A DNA stretch of 64,000 nt from Methanospirillum sp. (GCF_041859935.1 NZ_JBFLGE010000002.1), one strand, 5' to 3'; positions 8,870 through 18,869 are shown, counted from the stretch's first letter. Notes: generated from the letters alone by a model not told the origin. Program-made: numbers and translations.

Positions 8870-11356
8870 TTGAGCCCTGGTCAGATGATCCCTGTCATAC
8901 TCTTGATTTTTTTAATTGTTCCGGTTGCAATGTCTCCGGTTTGTGCCCAAGAGCAGTGGATAACATATTCCGGTTTTGGTCCTTCGTACACTGGTGACAC
9001 CATCCCTGATACCCTGCTGCCAGGCCAGTCATACCCGGTTACAGTAACTTTTCGAAATACCGGTCTTGTCAGCTGGCAGGACGAGATGAGACGTATAGGT
9101 CTTCTTTATGAAGGGGATATGACAAAAGTCGTTGCCATCCCTGCTTTTGTTGAAGTAACACGCAATTTAAACATTACTCCCGGGAAACTGGCCCATTTTG
9201 GTTTTACCTTGTTGCCGGTAGGAATTCCAGGCACTTACAATCTTTCCTTTTCAGTAGTCATGCGGTCAGCAACCGGTGACCAGAAGATAACTGAAGTATT
9301 TGTAAAACGTGTCACGATTGTTCCGACTGATGGAATATCATCACCAGTGAATGGTTCAATCTTTGTTGAAAGCCAATTGCCAGACCTGAATGTATACCTT
9401 GACTCTGCTTTTAAAGGGAACGTTCCAGCAATAATTGCCGATTTAAAACCCGGTCATTACATTATTCGGGTAATTAATAATTCTTTTGAGCAAAACTGGC
9501 CAGTTGACGTGGAACGAGGCGTTATGACACGTCTTTTTATAACCGGAGAAAAAACTTCACCAGTAATCACAAAGAAAAAGGCCGGCATTATATCTGACGG
9601 GACACTTATTGGATATATTGAAGTGAATATTCCCCTGATTGCAATAATTTCTTTTATCTTCCTCTTATGTACTGGTGTTGTTATTTATGTGGTAAGAAAA
9701 CGTAAGCGTGTAATGGAAGAAAGAAAAATAGAGGCAGAAAAAGAAAGATCAAAAGATCCCGAATCTGATAAAGCAAAAAAAGAGAAAGAACTTCTTGATA
9801 AAATTCATAGTAAAAAACCATTATTTTCAGGCCTTTCCCCTTCATCCGCACCACGTCAAAATGCTGGAGGTAAAAAATTTTTAGACAAACTTACCGGTGT
9901 TCGTGCTACTGGCAGGAGATCTTCACAGGTACCAGGGGTAAAAAAGGATAAAAAACCTTTAAAAGAATCTTCCATACCCGGTTCAAAGACAGATATTCCA
10001 GAACTGGATTTAAAAGTCCGTGACCTGGACACCAGGCCCGGGTCTGCAACTGCAAGTATCGGGGTATCAAATTTATCACCTGTTCCTGTTACAATGGAAG
10101 ATAATACCATCTCTCCTGGCGGATTTGGGATTGTCCAGGTAGAACTTGATGAGCCCGCAAATGATGAACCGGAAATCATATTTTCGCTACGTTTTCTTGC
10201 GGAAGGTTCAGAGTTTTTAAAAAATATTGCAATACCATATAACCTGGGGATTGCTTTACTCGCCCGCGGAGTTATTGAAAAAGCATATGAATATTTCAGG
10301 GTATTACTGGCTGCACATCCTGACAATATCAGCGGGTTATTAAACCAGGCACATATTCTTCTTAACTGGGGCCTTGAAGAAGAAGCAATATCTTTTCTGA
10401 ATGAAGTCCTTGTTTTGGATCCTGGTAACGAAGATGCCTTAAACCTCCTTAACCATATTCAGGACAAAAGAAACCAAAAAAAGAGTAAACAGGAACCTGA
10501 ACCAGGATCAAAAATTCCTGACTATCCTGATGAATTATCTGACCGGTATACTCCAATACGCCTTTTAGGAGATGATCCTTTTGCAATTGTTGTTCTGGTC
10601 CGCAAAAATGACACCGGGGAATTACGTGCCCTGAAAATTCCCCGTACATCAGAAAAAATTAGTTCATCCCTTTATACAGAGATATCATTACTGTATCAAC
10701 TCCGTCATCCTTATGTGCTCAGGATGTTCAGGGCAGAATTTTCTCCGGTTGTCATGCTTGAACTTGAATTTGTATCAGGAGGGTGGCATGACGGAAAACA
10801 GTACACGACATTATCTGATTTACCTGTACCCCTGCCCTTTGATACCTGGTTCCCGCTGATTGAAAAAATAACAGAAGGCCTTGCCTATTTACATCGCCAG
10901 GGAGTTCGCCATTATCATCTTTCACCAAAACATATCCTGCTTGATGAACCAATGAACCCAAAAATATCAGGTCTTGTTCGCGAATCCCTTCGTGAAGCCG
11001 GGGTGAGTGGTAAAGAAGAGTTTTTTATCATGGCTCCGGAGCAGGCAGATTCAAAAAAGTATGGTAAACCTGGAAAAAAGACAGACATCTACCAGCTTGG
11101 GGCAATATGGCTCTGGCTGGTTACCGGCCAGGTTATGGACCAGGAAATAACTGACAGGGAAGACATTACTATTACAAGGGTGAATGGTGTTATTGATGAC
11201 AGTCTTGAATTGTATGCACCAATTTTTTATAAACTGACGGCCTGTTATAAAAAAGACAGATATCCATCTGCTGAGTCATTTTTGAATGATTTGAAAAGAG
11301 TCAGTCCTGGTATCTCTAAAATAAAAAGGAAAATTACTGATGGAGACGTCACATGA
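8870..11356 (+). CDS. Receptor-like membrane protein 2 (paralog): Ig-like + PEGA ectodomain, TM, K/E/S-rich linker, beta-rich and TPR-like segment, kinase-like domain
   Basis: 828 aa from TTG 8870 (ATG at 8885 is an alternative start). Same domain order as 6786..8831. Kinase-like motifs are LRALKI, HYH, SGL, APE, TDIYQLG. Confidence 0.72.
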   Translation: MSPGQMIPVILLIFLIVPVAMSPVCAQEQWITYSGFGPSYTGDTIPDTLLPGQSYPVTVTFRNTGLVSWQDEMRRIGLLYEGDMTKVVAIPAFVEVTRNLNITPGKLAHFGFTLLPVGIPGTYNLSFSVVMRSATGDQKITEVFVKRVTIVPTDGISSPVNGSIFVESQLPDLNVYLDSAFKGNVPAIIADLKPGHYIIRVINNSFEQNWPVDVERGVMTRLFITGEKTSPVITKKKAGIISDGTLIGYIEVNIPLIAIISFIFLLCTGVVIYVVRKRKRVMEERKIEAEKERSKDPESDKAKKEKELLDKIHSKKPLFSGLSPSSAPRQNAGGKKFLDKLTGVRATGRRSSQVPGVKKDKKPLKESSIPGSKTDIPELDLKVRDLDTRPGSATASIGVSNLSPVPVTMEDNTISPGGFGIVQVELDEPANDEPEIIFSLRFLAEGSEFLKNIAIPYNLGIALLARGVIEKAYEYFRVLLAAHPDNISGLLNQAHILLNWGLEEEAISFLNEVLVLDPGNEDALNLLNHIQDKRNQKKSKQEPEPGSKIPDYPDELSDRYTPIRLLGDDPFAIVVLVRKNDTGELRALKIPRTSEKISSSLYTEISLLYQLRHPYVLRMFRAEFSPVVMLELEFVSGGWHDGKQYTTLSDLPVPLPFDTWFPLIEKITEGLAYLHRQGVRHYHLSPKHILLDEPMNPKISGLVRESLREAGVSGKEEFFIMAPEQADSKKYGKPGKKTDIYQLGAIWLWLVTGQVMDQEITDREDITITRVNGVIDDSLELYAPIFYKLTACYKKDRYPSAESFLNDLKRVSPGISKIKRKITDGDVT

Positions 11357-13848
11357 ATGCCTCATTTATGATATCACTTTTCGTTCCTTTTTTCATCTTA
11401 CTTTTGGTAATTTCACCCGCATGCTGTGCTGATCTTGACATATTTTCAGGAATTTCTTTTTTAGGAGGTAAATACTCCACAAATAGTTTCCCAGATGAGA
11501 TGTATCCTGGTCAGAGTGGCCAGTACATGGTAGAATTTCTCAATACCGGAATGACAGCCTGGGAAAATGATGTTGAAAAGGTAGGGGTTGAATGTTTTGG
11601 TGATTCATCAATAATATCGGTTGAACAGAACATACAGCTGTTACCACAAGGGTCCAGGGTTCACTCCGGGAAGAGCTATCATTTTCCATTTTTCATTACT
11701 GCACATAACATTGGCCAGGCTTACCTGACTTTTGCGGTTGTCCAATTACATCCATCAGGAAAAACCACGATAATTTCCGATCCTAAAACAGTTTCAATCA
11801 ATGTAATGTCCGGTATTCAGGGTAATGAGAAAAATACCGGCAGCATCCAGGTGTCCGCAGGCCCTCTTCACCTGCCTGTTGAACTTGACGGCATACCTGT
11901 TGGCCTGACGCCACTCACCCTTCCTGACATCCCTGTCGGAGATCACCTCATTACCATCGAAGGAAAGGAAGGTGTTGTGGATAAAATGGTTGTAGTTGAA
12001 CCAGGTTCATTAAGCTCAATCACCTACAGCCCTGATAAATCAGTAGTAGTGATTGAAACCGGAGAATCACTCTTACTTGACAATTCAAACCCTCTCCTAA
12101 GACTGATATTATCAAACTTTTTTATAGCCCTTGGGCTGGTTTTTGCCTTGACAATTATAGCTGTTATCTCTATTGTTATTATCACAATAAAGATGCGAAA
12201 AGTAAAATTTACCATTTCAGAAGTTCTCCCCTGCTCGCTGCATAAAAAAAGTACCAGAGACTTTGCGATTGAAACAAGAAGAAAATCTGCTTTTGATGAA
12301 GTTATTTTTGAACCAGTTGCCGGATTATTCAATCAGGGGGAAAAGAAATTAATAAAAATACAGGTAACAAACCTGGGGATAAAAGCGATTGTTGTTCAAA
12401 AAATCCGCATTGATCCTGGAAAAAGCTGGATTATTTTAAAAGAAATTATGGATGATGATCCTGGTGACAATGAAGATATCCAGGAGATTTCCTATATCGA
12501 CAGTAATGGAAAAGAAAAATCACAAATTGTTCATCTTCAGTACCGTATAAAACCGGGACATGCTGATATCTCGTGGTTTTTCAAACGTTTTATTCTTAAA
12601 AAAGGAAAGATTGTTGCGATTGTTAATATAAAAAATAATGGTTTTTTACCCCTTAATGTCGATTCAACAGCTATACCCTCCGGAGAGGAAAAAGAGATGG
12701 AACTGGAACTTGACGTTCCTGACAATGATGCTGCATCGGTTTATAAAAAATTAGAGATTTTTGCAGGCAGTCTTAACCCTTTCACATTATCTGTGAAAAT
12801 ACCCTACAACATGGGAATTTTTTTATTTTTTTCAAAAAAGTATGCAAAATCACTGAAATGGTTTAACCAGCAGATAACCCGGGACAATGGAGATCCCACT
12901 ATAAACCGGTACCGTGACCTTATTGTAAAAAAGTTAAATCTTTCTTCAAAATCACAAAAACCGGATTTGACAAGTTTGGATGAAGAGTTACCTGGTTTTG
13001 TGGAAAAAAGAGATCAGATGGCGGATGTTTCAACCCGGGTTTCATCCTCTCCCCAGGTACCCGGGTTTCCTGATTCTTTATTGCCTGTATATAAACCGTC
13101 TGAACTGATATCATCAGACCGGCTTGGACTCATGTTCAGTGCTGTAAGAGCTTCAGATAATGAAGAAGTTGCAATCCGGGTTCTTGATTTAGGGTTGATG
13201 CCTCCATCCCAGATAGAATTGCAGATACATACCTGGAGGGCGTTAAAACACCCGAATATTCTGCAAATTAAGTTTTGGGAACGTGATCCTGTCTACTATA
13301 TTGAATTTGATCTCCCGTCCGGTGCAGTGCAATATAAAAGAAAAATTTTTACACTTGCAGATCTTAAAGTGCCCATACCTTCCCGTGCTGCATTGTATAT
13401 TACCAGGGGACTTGCAAAAGGCATTTATTATATCCATCAGCAGGGAGTCAGGCATTATCTGCTTGAACCATCTACTATTTTTCTGGACAAAGAGTTACAT
13501 CCAAAAATTTCAGGGTTTGACATGTCTGCTCTTATCCTGTCTAAAATCCCCGCGGATTGTTGGATTATTGCTCCAGAGCAGCGAAACCCTGAGAAATATG
13601 GAAATCCCGGGAAAAAGACTGACATCTACCAGGCAGGGGCAATTTTTAATTATCTTCTTTCCGGGCAGGTGCCTGGAAGTACTGAAAAAAAAAGTATACT
13701 TCCTTCTCACTTTCGTGATGAGTATTCCATTTATGATCCAGTAGTTCAAAAGTCCCTGCATATTGATAAAAACGAACGTTACGGAGATATTAGTGAAATG
13801 ATCCAGGAACTGGACAGTCTGCTGTCTTCTTCCTCAAAAAAAGGATAA
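11353..13848 (+). CDS. Receptor-like membrane protein 3 (paralog): Ig-like + PEGA ectodomain, TM, beta-rich repeats, TPR-like segment, kinase-like domain
   Basis: 831 aa; ATGA overlap with the previous gene. Motifs are VAIRVL, HYL, SGF, APE, TDIYQAG. Confidence 0.72.
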   Translation: MNASFMISLFVPFFILLLVISPACCADLDIFSGISFLGGKYSTNSFPDEMYPGQSGQYMVEFLNTGMTAWENDVEKVGVECFGDSSIISVEQNIQLLPQGSRVHSGKSYHFPFFITAHNIGQAYLTFAVVQLHPSGKTTIISDPKTVSINVMSGIQGNEKNTGSIQVSAGPLHLPVELDGIPVGLTPLTLPDIPVGDHLITIEGKEGVVDKMVVVEPGSLSSITYSPDKSVVVIETGESLLLDNSNPLLRLILSNFFIALGLVFALTIIAVISIVIITIKMRKVKFTISEVLPCSLHKKSTRDFAIETRRKSAFDEVIFEPVAGLFNQGEKKLIKIQVTNLGIKAIVVQKIRIDPGKSWIILKEIMDDDPGDNEDIQEISYIDSNGKEKSQIVHLQYRIKPGHADISWFFKRFILKKGKIVAIVNIKNNGFLPLNVDSTAIPSGEEKEMELELDVPDNDAASVYKKLEIFAGSLNPFTLSVKIPYNMGIFLFFSKKYAKSLKWFNQQITRDNGDPTINRYRDLIVKKLNLSSKSQKPDLTSLDEELPGFVEKRDQMADVSTRVSSSPQVPGFPDSLLPVYKPSELISSDRLGLMFSAVRASDNEEVAIRVLDLGLMPPSQIELQIHTWRALKHPNILQIKFWERDPVYYIEFDLPSGAVQYKRKIFTLADLKVPIPSRAALYITRGLAKGIYYIHQQGVRHYLLEPSTIFLDKELHPKISGFDMSALILSKIPADCWIIAPEQRNPEKYGNPGKKTDIYQAGAIFNYLLSGQVPGSTEKKSILPSHFRDEYSIYDPVVQKSLHIDKNERYGDISEMIQELDSLLSSSSKKG

Positions 13849-13849
13849 C

Positions 13850-15037
13850 ATGCCAGATAAACCCGTTTTATTAACAAGTTATTTCCTGTTTATGATGGTC
13901 CTGTCTCTTTTTTCTCCCCTGGTAAATGCAGTACCTGCTGAATCTGAAAAACTTCTTGCTGAGGGTGTTGATGCATATAATTCAGGTGACATGGAAAATG
14001 CACTCCGGTTATTTGAAACGCTCATAAATATGGATCCATCCTGGCCATATGGATGGCTCTGGAAAGGGACGGTATTAGCCGACCTGGGTAAACAAAAAAA
14101 GGCTGAAGACGCTTTTAGAACTGGAAGATGTCTTATCAGTCCGGATACCTGTGACGACTTAACCGAAGATGATGTTTCAGATTCTTATGATAAAACCAGG
14201 ACAAATTCTCATTCTGGTCTGGTTATCCCGCCTGTAATTGTCAACAGGGCAGTGGATCTGACGGAAGACACCATTAATCATCAACGAGTCTTTTCTCATT
14301 TTGATAGTCCTCCAAAAGACAATTTTGGATATGTTTTACAGCCACAGTCTGATTCATACCAGAAATCATTTGAACAGGAAGGAGATAAGCACATGAAAGC
14401 AGGAATGTATGATAAGGCGCTTCATTCATACCTGTTGGCCGAAGAAATTAATCCGGAAAATCCGGATATCTCCAGAAAAGTCGGGGACACATTTAAGGAA
14501 CTTGGCGATCTCAACTCCGCACTGGACGCCTGGAATCGTTCTGTTCAAAATGAATCAAATCAGAAAATATCTGATAATCTTAGGAAAAAAAGGTCTGATG
14601 CTTTTTCAGCCCAGAACATGCCAGAGCAAGCCATCCAGGAGTTTGAAAAGATAAAAACATCTGATTTTGATCCTGATATAGAATTTCAAAAAGGAGAGTT
14701 ATATTCCCGGTTACAGGATTATTCACTTGCAGAACAATCTTTTCAGGACTTCCTTTTATTAAATCCCGGAAATATTGATGCATCCCTAGGTCTTGCAAAT
14801 GCCAGGCTATGCCAGGGGAAGATTATTAGTACAGAAGAAATCCTTGATTCCCTCCCTCTCTTCTCTCTAAATCCTGATCAGGCAGACCTTCTGGAGAAAT
14901 TAAAAAAAGAGATAAAAAACCATCCTTCAGGTAAGACAGATGATATATCTGTCATTTTCAGCCATCCCGAATTATATATTCTGATTGGTATCGGTGTCTT
15001 TGGAATATTTTATTTCAGGGATAAAATTTTCAGGTAA
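13850..15037 (+). CDS. TPR-repeat protein with N-terminal signal sequence and C-terminal TM anchor
   Basis: 395 aa; starts 2 nt after the previous stop. Hydrophobic N-terminus ending ..VNAVPAE; several TPR-like A/L/Y/G/P patterns; C-terminal ELYILIGIGVFGIFYF helix. Confidence 0.65.
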   Translation: MPDKPVLLTSYFLFMMVLSLFSPLVNAVPAESEKLLAEGVDAYNSGDMENALRLFETLINMDPSWPYGWLWKGTVLADLGKQKKAEDAFRTGRCLISPDTCDDLTEDDVSDSYDKTRTNSHSGLVIPPVIVNRAVDLTEDTINHQRVFSHFDSPPKDNFGYVLQPQSDSYQKSFEQEGDKHMKAGMYDKALHSYLLAEEINPENPDISRKVGDTFKELGDLNSALDAWNRSVQNESNQKISDNLRKKRSDAFSAQNMPEQAIQEFEKIKTSDFDPDIEFQKGELYSRLQDYSLAEQSFQDFLLLNPGNIDASLGLANARLCQGKIISTEEILDSLPLFSLNPDQADLLEKLKKEIKNHPSGKTDDISVIFSHPELYILIGIGVFGIFYFRDKIFR

Positions 15038-15069
15038 TTCTATTTATAATGCCTGAATTACCCATGTTT

Positions 15070-16461
15070 TCATTTATTCCTTTCTTTTCTGGCAAGAGTG
15101 AAATCATCATTAATAAGAACTCCCATGTTCCTGCATAATTCACGCATTTTTGGAGGAAGCGTCTGCCACCTCCACAATCCCCAGCTGATGTATTCATCAG
15201 GCATCTGCTTTTTTTCCGCCCATTTTCTAAGAAATGCATCCCATCGTGTAGTAATGCCTGGATGTGTCTTTCGTATGGAATCATATTCGCTCTCAAGCAT
15301 GGCAGGACAGAGATAACATCCGACCCGTTCGACCCCCTGTTCGTACATTGGATTCGTTGGAATTTTTCTCCACCAGAGATAAAGAAACACTTCAAATGCC
15401 CGCCAGTTCCTTATTGGAGAGACATTCAGCTGGAGTGGATTGGCCGGGTTCTGACTTGTTACATTAAGGCCTGCACGGTTCCATGACTCGTACCATCTGT
15501 TGCCCTGTATTGTTACGCACGGACCGATACCGTCAAGATACATCTTCAATGGATCTAATTTGAGGAGGGTGCAACACCACCGGTTATCCTTTCCAGGAGG
15601 CCCGCTTTTTTCCACCATCTGCCAGAAATTATTCTCTCCTTTCCTGATTATCTCAACCCCCTGTTCTTTGATAAACTGGATAGTTTCAGGAAATTCAAGT
15701 CCTGTGTCGATGAAAAACGCCTTTTCTACCCCGGCTTTTCTTGCCAGGTGCAAAACTACTGTACTGTCTTTTCCGCCTGAAAAGGAGACGTTTACTAAAG
15801 GCCGGTCTTTCATGTGGCGTTTAATGGTCCGGACAGCATTTCGCTCAAGGTTTTTCAGATGGTATGCATTTTTGGCAATGACTGTCTCCCAGTCAGGATT
15901 AGGATAAACCTTTGGTAAAACCGGGAGAAGTTCCTTTATCCTTATATATCCATCCTTAACGGTTGCTGTCCCATACTTTCCATTAGCAGTGACAATGACC
16001 TGGCCATCAGGGACCGGCTCTTTTAGTGGAAAGCGTTTTCCCCCGATTCTTCCCTTTTCAGCCTTTAGATCGATATGAGTACCAAGGTCGATGACCCCTT
16101 TTGATATATGCTGGACAAGAAATGGCAGGGCCTCAGGTGCAATTTCAAGAGAATAAGTTTTTTTCACCGGATCAAAAGTGAACCAGCCAAATCGCTGACC
16201 ATTGATGATAATGAGTTCTGCTCTATCGTATCCACCGGTCTTATTTAACAGCATTACTTTCGGAACAGGAATATCGCCGTATTGGGATGTTAATATCTGT
16301 ATGATACGTTCCCTGTCCAAAGAGAGAGCAGGCCTGATATCATAAGGTTGAAGCAGGGCGATGGTTTTTGCCTCATTGCCGCAGCTGCATGTCTGTCCTA
16401 TAAGGGGAACATTGCAGTGTTCACACCAGTAAAGTATTTTTTTCACAGCCGGCTCACGCAT
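15070..16461 (-). CDS. PAPS-reductase/PP-loop ATPase family protein with N-terminal Zn ribbon and PUA-like region
   Basis: 463 aa; CEHCNVPL..CSCG ribbon; SFSGGKDSTVVLHL PP-loop; C-terminal GCYLCP motif. Confidence 0.65.
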   Translation of the reverse strand: MREPAVKKILYWCEHCNVPLIGQTCSCGNEAKTIALLQPYDIRPALSLDRERIIQILTSQYGDIPVPKVMLLNKTGGYDRAELIIINGQRFGWFTFDPVKKTYSLEIAPEALPFLVQHISKGVIDLGTHIDLKAEKGRIGGKRFPLKEPVPDGQVIVTANGKYGTATVKDGYIRIKELLPVLPKVYPNPDWETVIAKNAYHLKNLERNAVRTIKRHMKDRPLVNVSFSGGKDSTVVLHLARKAGVEKAFFIDTGLEFPETIQFIKEQGVEIIRKGENNFWQMVEKSGPPGKDNRWCCTLLKLDPLKMYLDGIGPCVTIQGNRWYESWNRAGLNVTSQNPANPLQLNVSPIRNWRAFEVFLYLWWRKIPTNPMYEQGVERVGCYLCPAMLESEYDSIRKTHPGITTRWDAFLRKWAEKKQMPDEYISWGLWRWQTLPPKMRELCRNMGVLINDDFTLARKERNK

Positions 16462-16624
16462 TTCACTGAATAATAGGGGCTGAAAGGATATAGATACCTG
16501 TCAGTGGCACAGCAAATATGTCACGATACTTATTGGTGTAACTCTCGATATTTCAATATCATTCGAACTACACTAAAATAATTTATCATAATATGCCAGA
16601 TTATTCTGCAATACTGATATATTT

Positions 16625-17419
16625 ATGACACTTTTTGGATCAATCTTTTCAGATATCAGGGAAAAAACGCCCCTTGTTCACCATATTACAAACTATGTCA
16701 CGGTTAATGACTGTGCTAATATCACCCTCTCCATAGGCGCTTCACCAGTGATGGCCCATGCAGAGGAAGAAGTCAGAGAGATGGTTGCCATAGCATCTGC
16801 TCTTGTCCTGAATATAGGGACTCCTGATACTTTGCAGGTTGAACGTATGTTTATTGCAGCTAATGCGGCAGAAAAACATGGCATTCCAATAATTCTTGAT
16901 CCTGTCGGTGCAGGGGCAACCACCTTTAGGACAAAAACTGCCCAAAAAATGATACAGAAGCTGTCCATTTCTGTTCTTAAAGGTAATACCGGGGAGATTG
17001 GAACTCTTGCCGGCAAACAGGCTCATGTCCGCGGGGTTGATTCCGGAGGTGTTACCGGGGACAGGGCAGAGATCACCTGCAATCTTGCAGAAAAACTTGG
17101 TTGCACAGTTATCATGAGTGGTGGTACTGATATAATCAGCGATGGGTCCAGGACTATTCTTTGTGAGAACGGACACCCGTACATGGGAAGGATATCAGGA
17201 ACTGGTTGTATGGCTGCATCGGTTATCGGTTCTTGTGCAGCAGTCTGCCCTGATTATTTTTCCGCGTCTGTTACCGGGACCATAGCTTTTGGTATAGCAG
17301 GAGAGAGGGCTGCCATCAATGCTGCTGGTCCAGGCTCCTTTAAATATCACCTCATCGATTGTATGGCCTTGGTAACTCCGGGCGATGTTAAGCAGTATGC
17401 CAGGATTTTGTCTGTATAA
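16625..17419 (+). CDS. thiM: Hydroxyethylthiazole kinase
   Basis: 264 aa; [26 protein letters not shown] and GTGCM motifs typical of ThiM. Confidence 0.88.
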   Translation: MTLFGSIFSDIREKTPLVHHITNYVTVNDCANITLSIGASPVMAHAEEEVREMVAIASALVLNIGTPDTLQVERMFIAANAAEKHGIPIILDPVGAGATTFRTKTAQKMIQKLSISVLKGNTGEIGTLAGKQAHVRGVDSGGVTGDRAEITCNLAEKLGCTVIMSGGTDIISDGSRTILCENGHPYMGRISGTGCMAASVIGSCAAVCPDYFSASVTGTIAFGIAGERAAINAAGPGSFKYHLIDCMALVTPGDVKQYARILSV

Positions 17420-17452
17420 CTTTCTGATGTAATTTCACAAACTTCATAGTTA

Positions 17453-18853
17453 ATGGGGGAGTATCTTCACTCCTTCATGAAGCTACCCGGCATCTCTCTT
17501 ACCCCGTTAATAATTGCAATTTGTTGTGGATTTTTAACGCCCTTTGATTCATCTGTAGTAAATATTATCCTTCCATATATTGCCAGTGATTTTTCACTCA
17601 ACGCCGTTGCATTAACATGGATTAATAGTATTTATCTTCTGGCTGCAGCGGCATTTTTGGTTCCTTTTGGAAGAATAGGGGATATTTATGGTAGAAAAAA
17701 GATCCTGACCGGAGGAATTGCACTTTTTACACTGGCTTCTATCGGAACGATAATAGCAGGTTCAACTGAGGCATTGATATTTTCCAGGGCAATTCTGGGT
17801 ATTGGTGCCTCAATGATCTTCGGGACTGCGATGGCAATTCTGACTTCAACTACCCATCCTTCAAAACGGGGTCAGGCTCTTGGAATTTACACAACATCAG
17901 TCTACCTGGGTCTTTCTGCAGGGCCTTTTCTGGGAGGGATTCTCACTAAGACGTTTGGATGGAGAAGTGTTTTTTTTGTTAATATTCCTATTGGAATTCT
18001 CATCTTATCCTTGATCTTCCTGTTTTTAAAAGGAGAATGGGCTGATGCAGCTGGTGAAGAGTTTGATAAAAAAGGTTCTCTCCTTTATGGATGCAGCCTT
18101 ACAGCGATTATGATAGGTTTTTCAGAGCTCCCCCAGCTCATCGGATTCATTGCTCTTGGAGTGGGAACCATCGTTTTTATTGTCTTTATCTGGCATGAAC
18201 TTCGTGAACAGTATCCACTCATAAGCATCTCAATTTTCAAAGAAAACCGGGTGTTTGCCTGTTCAAACTTTGCAGCTCTCATAAATTATGGTTCAACTTT
18301 TGCAATAACATTCTTCCTCAGCCTGTATCTGCAATATATAAGAGGCTTTGATTCGCAGGAAGCTGGTTTCATCCTTGTCACACAACCGATTGTCCAGGCA
18401 GCCTTTTCATCATATGCAGGCAGCCTTTCAGATACAATTGAACCTGCAAAAATATCTTCCCTGGGCATGGGAATTATCGTTATAGGACTGATTACACTAA
18501 GTTTTCTCTCACCTGACACTCCCATTTTTCTGCTCATGCTTATTCTGGCAGTCCTTGGGTTTGGATTTGCCCTTTTTTCATCTCCGAATACCAATGCAGT
18601 CATGAGTTCGGTTGAAAAAAGGTATTATGGCATAGCATCAGGAACACTTGGGACCATGCGACTTTTAGGTCAGATGTTCTCCATGGGAATTGCCATGATG
18701 ATAATCGCGGTGATAATTGGAAAAGTTGAGATAACTCTGGAGGTATCAGACAAGCTAATGAGTGCAATGAGTACAGGGTTTGTTATCTTCTCAGTTATGT
18801 GTGCAATTGGAATTCTCTTTTCAATGGTCAGGGGAGATATCCGTCCTGAATAA
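17453..18853 (+). CDS. MFS transporter (DHA2/EmrB-like, about 14 TM)
   Basis: 466 aa polytopic; GRIGDIYGRKK MFS loop motif. Confidence 0.8.
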   Translation: MGEYLHSFMKLPGISLTPLIIAICCGFLTPFDSSVVNIILPYIASDFSLNAVALTWINSIYLLAAAAFLVPFGRIGDIYGRKKILTGGIALFTLASIGTIIAGSTEALIFSRAILGIGASMIFGTAMAILTSTTHPSKRGQALGIYTTSVYLGLSAGPFLGGILTKTFGWRSVFFVNIPIGILILSLIFLFLKGEWADAAGEEFDKKGSLLYGCSLTAIMIGFSELPQLIGFIALGVGTIVFIVFIWHELREQYPLISISIFKENRVFACSNFAALINYGSTFAITFFLSLYLQYIRGFDSQEAGFILVTQPIVQAAFSSYAGSLSDTIEPAKISSLGMGIIVIGLITLSFLSPDTPIFLLMLILAVLGFGFALFSSPNTNAVMSSVEKRYYGIASGTLGTMRLLGQMFSMGIAMMIIAVIIGKVEITLEVSDKLMSAMSTGFVIFSVMCAIGILFSMVRGDIRPE

Positions 18854-18869
18854 CTTTTTTAGCTGATCA

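Noticed and set aside
13283-13744. 153-aa plus-strand ORF in an alternative frame inside receptor-like gene 3 (and similar internal ORFs at 6883..7119, 8362..8613, 14409..14654)
   Set aside because: They overlap well-supported longer ORFs whose products have recognisable domains. The alternative-frame products have no motifs and an unusual composition.
16462-16624. Possible TPP riboswitch in the 163-bp leader upstream of thiM (GGGGCTGAAAGG...ACCTGTCAGTGGCAC vaguely resembles the GGGG..CTGAGA..ACCTGATCTGGATAATGCCAGC core)
   Set aside because: The highly conserved CUGAGA and the pyrimidine-sensor helix sequence are not present and I could not draw the P1-P5 helices. The similarity is probably chance, and a covariance-model scan would be needed to revive it.
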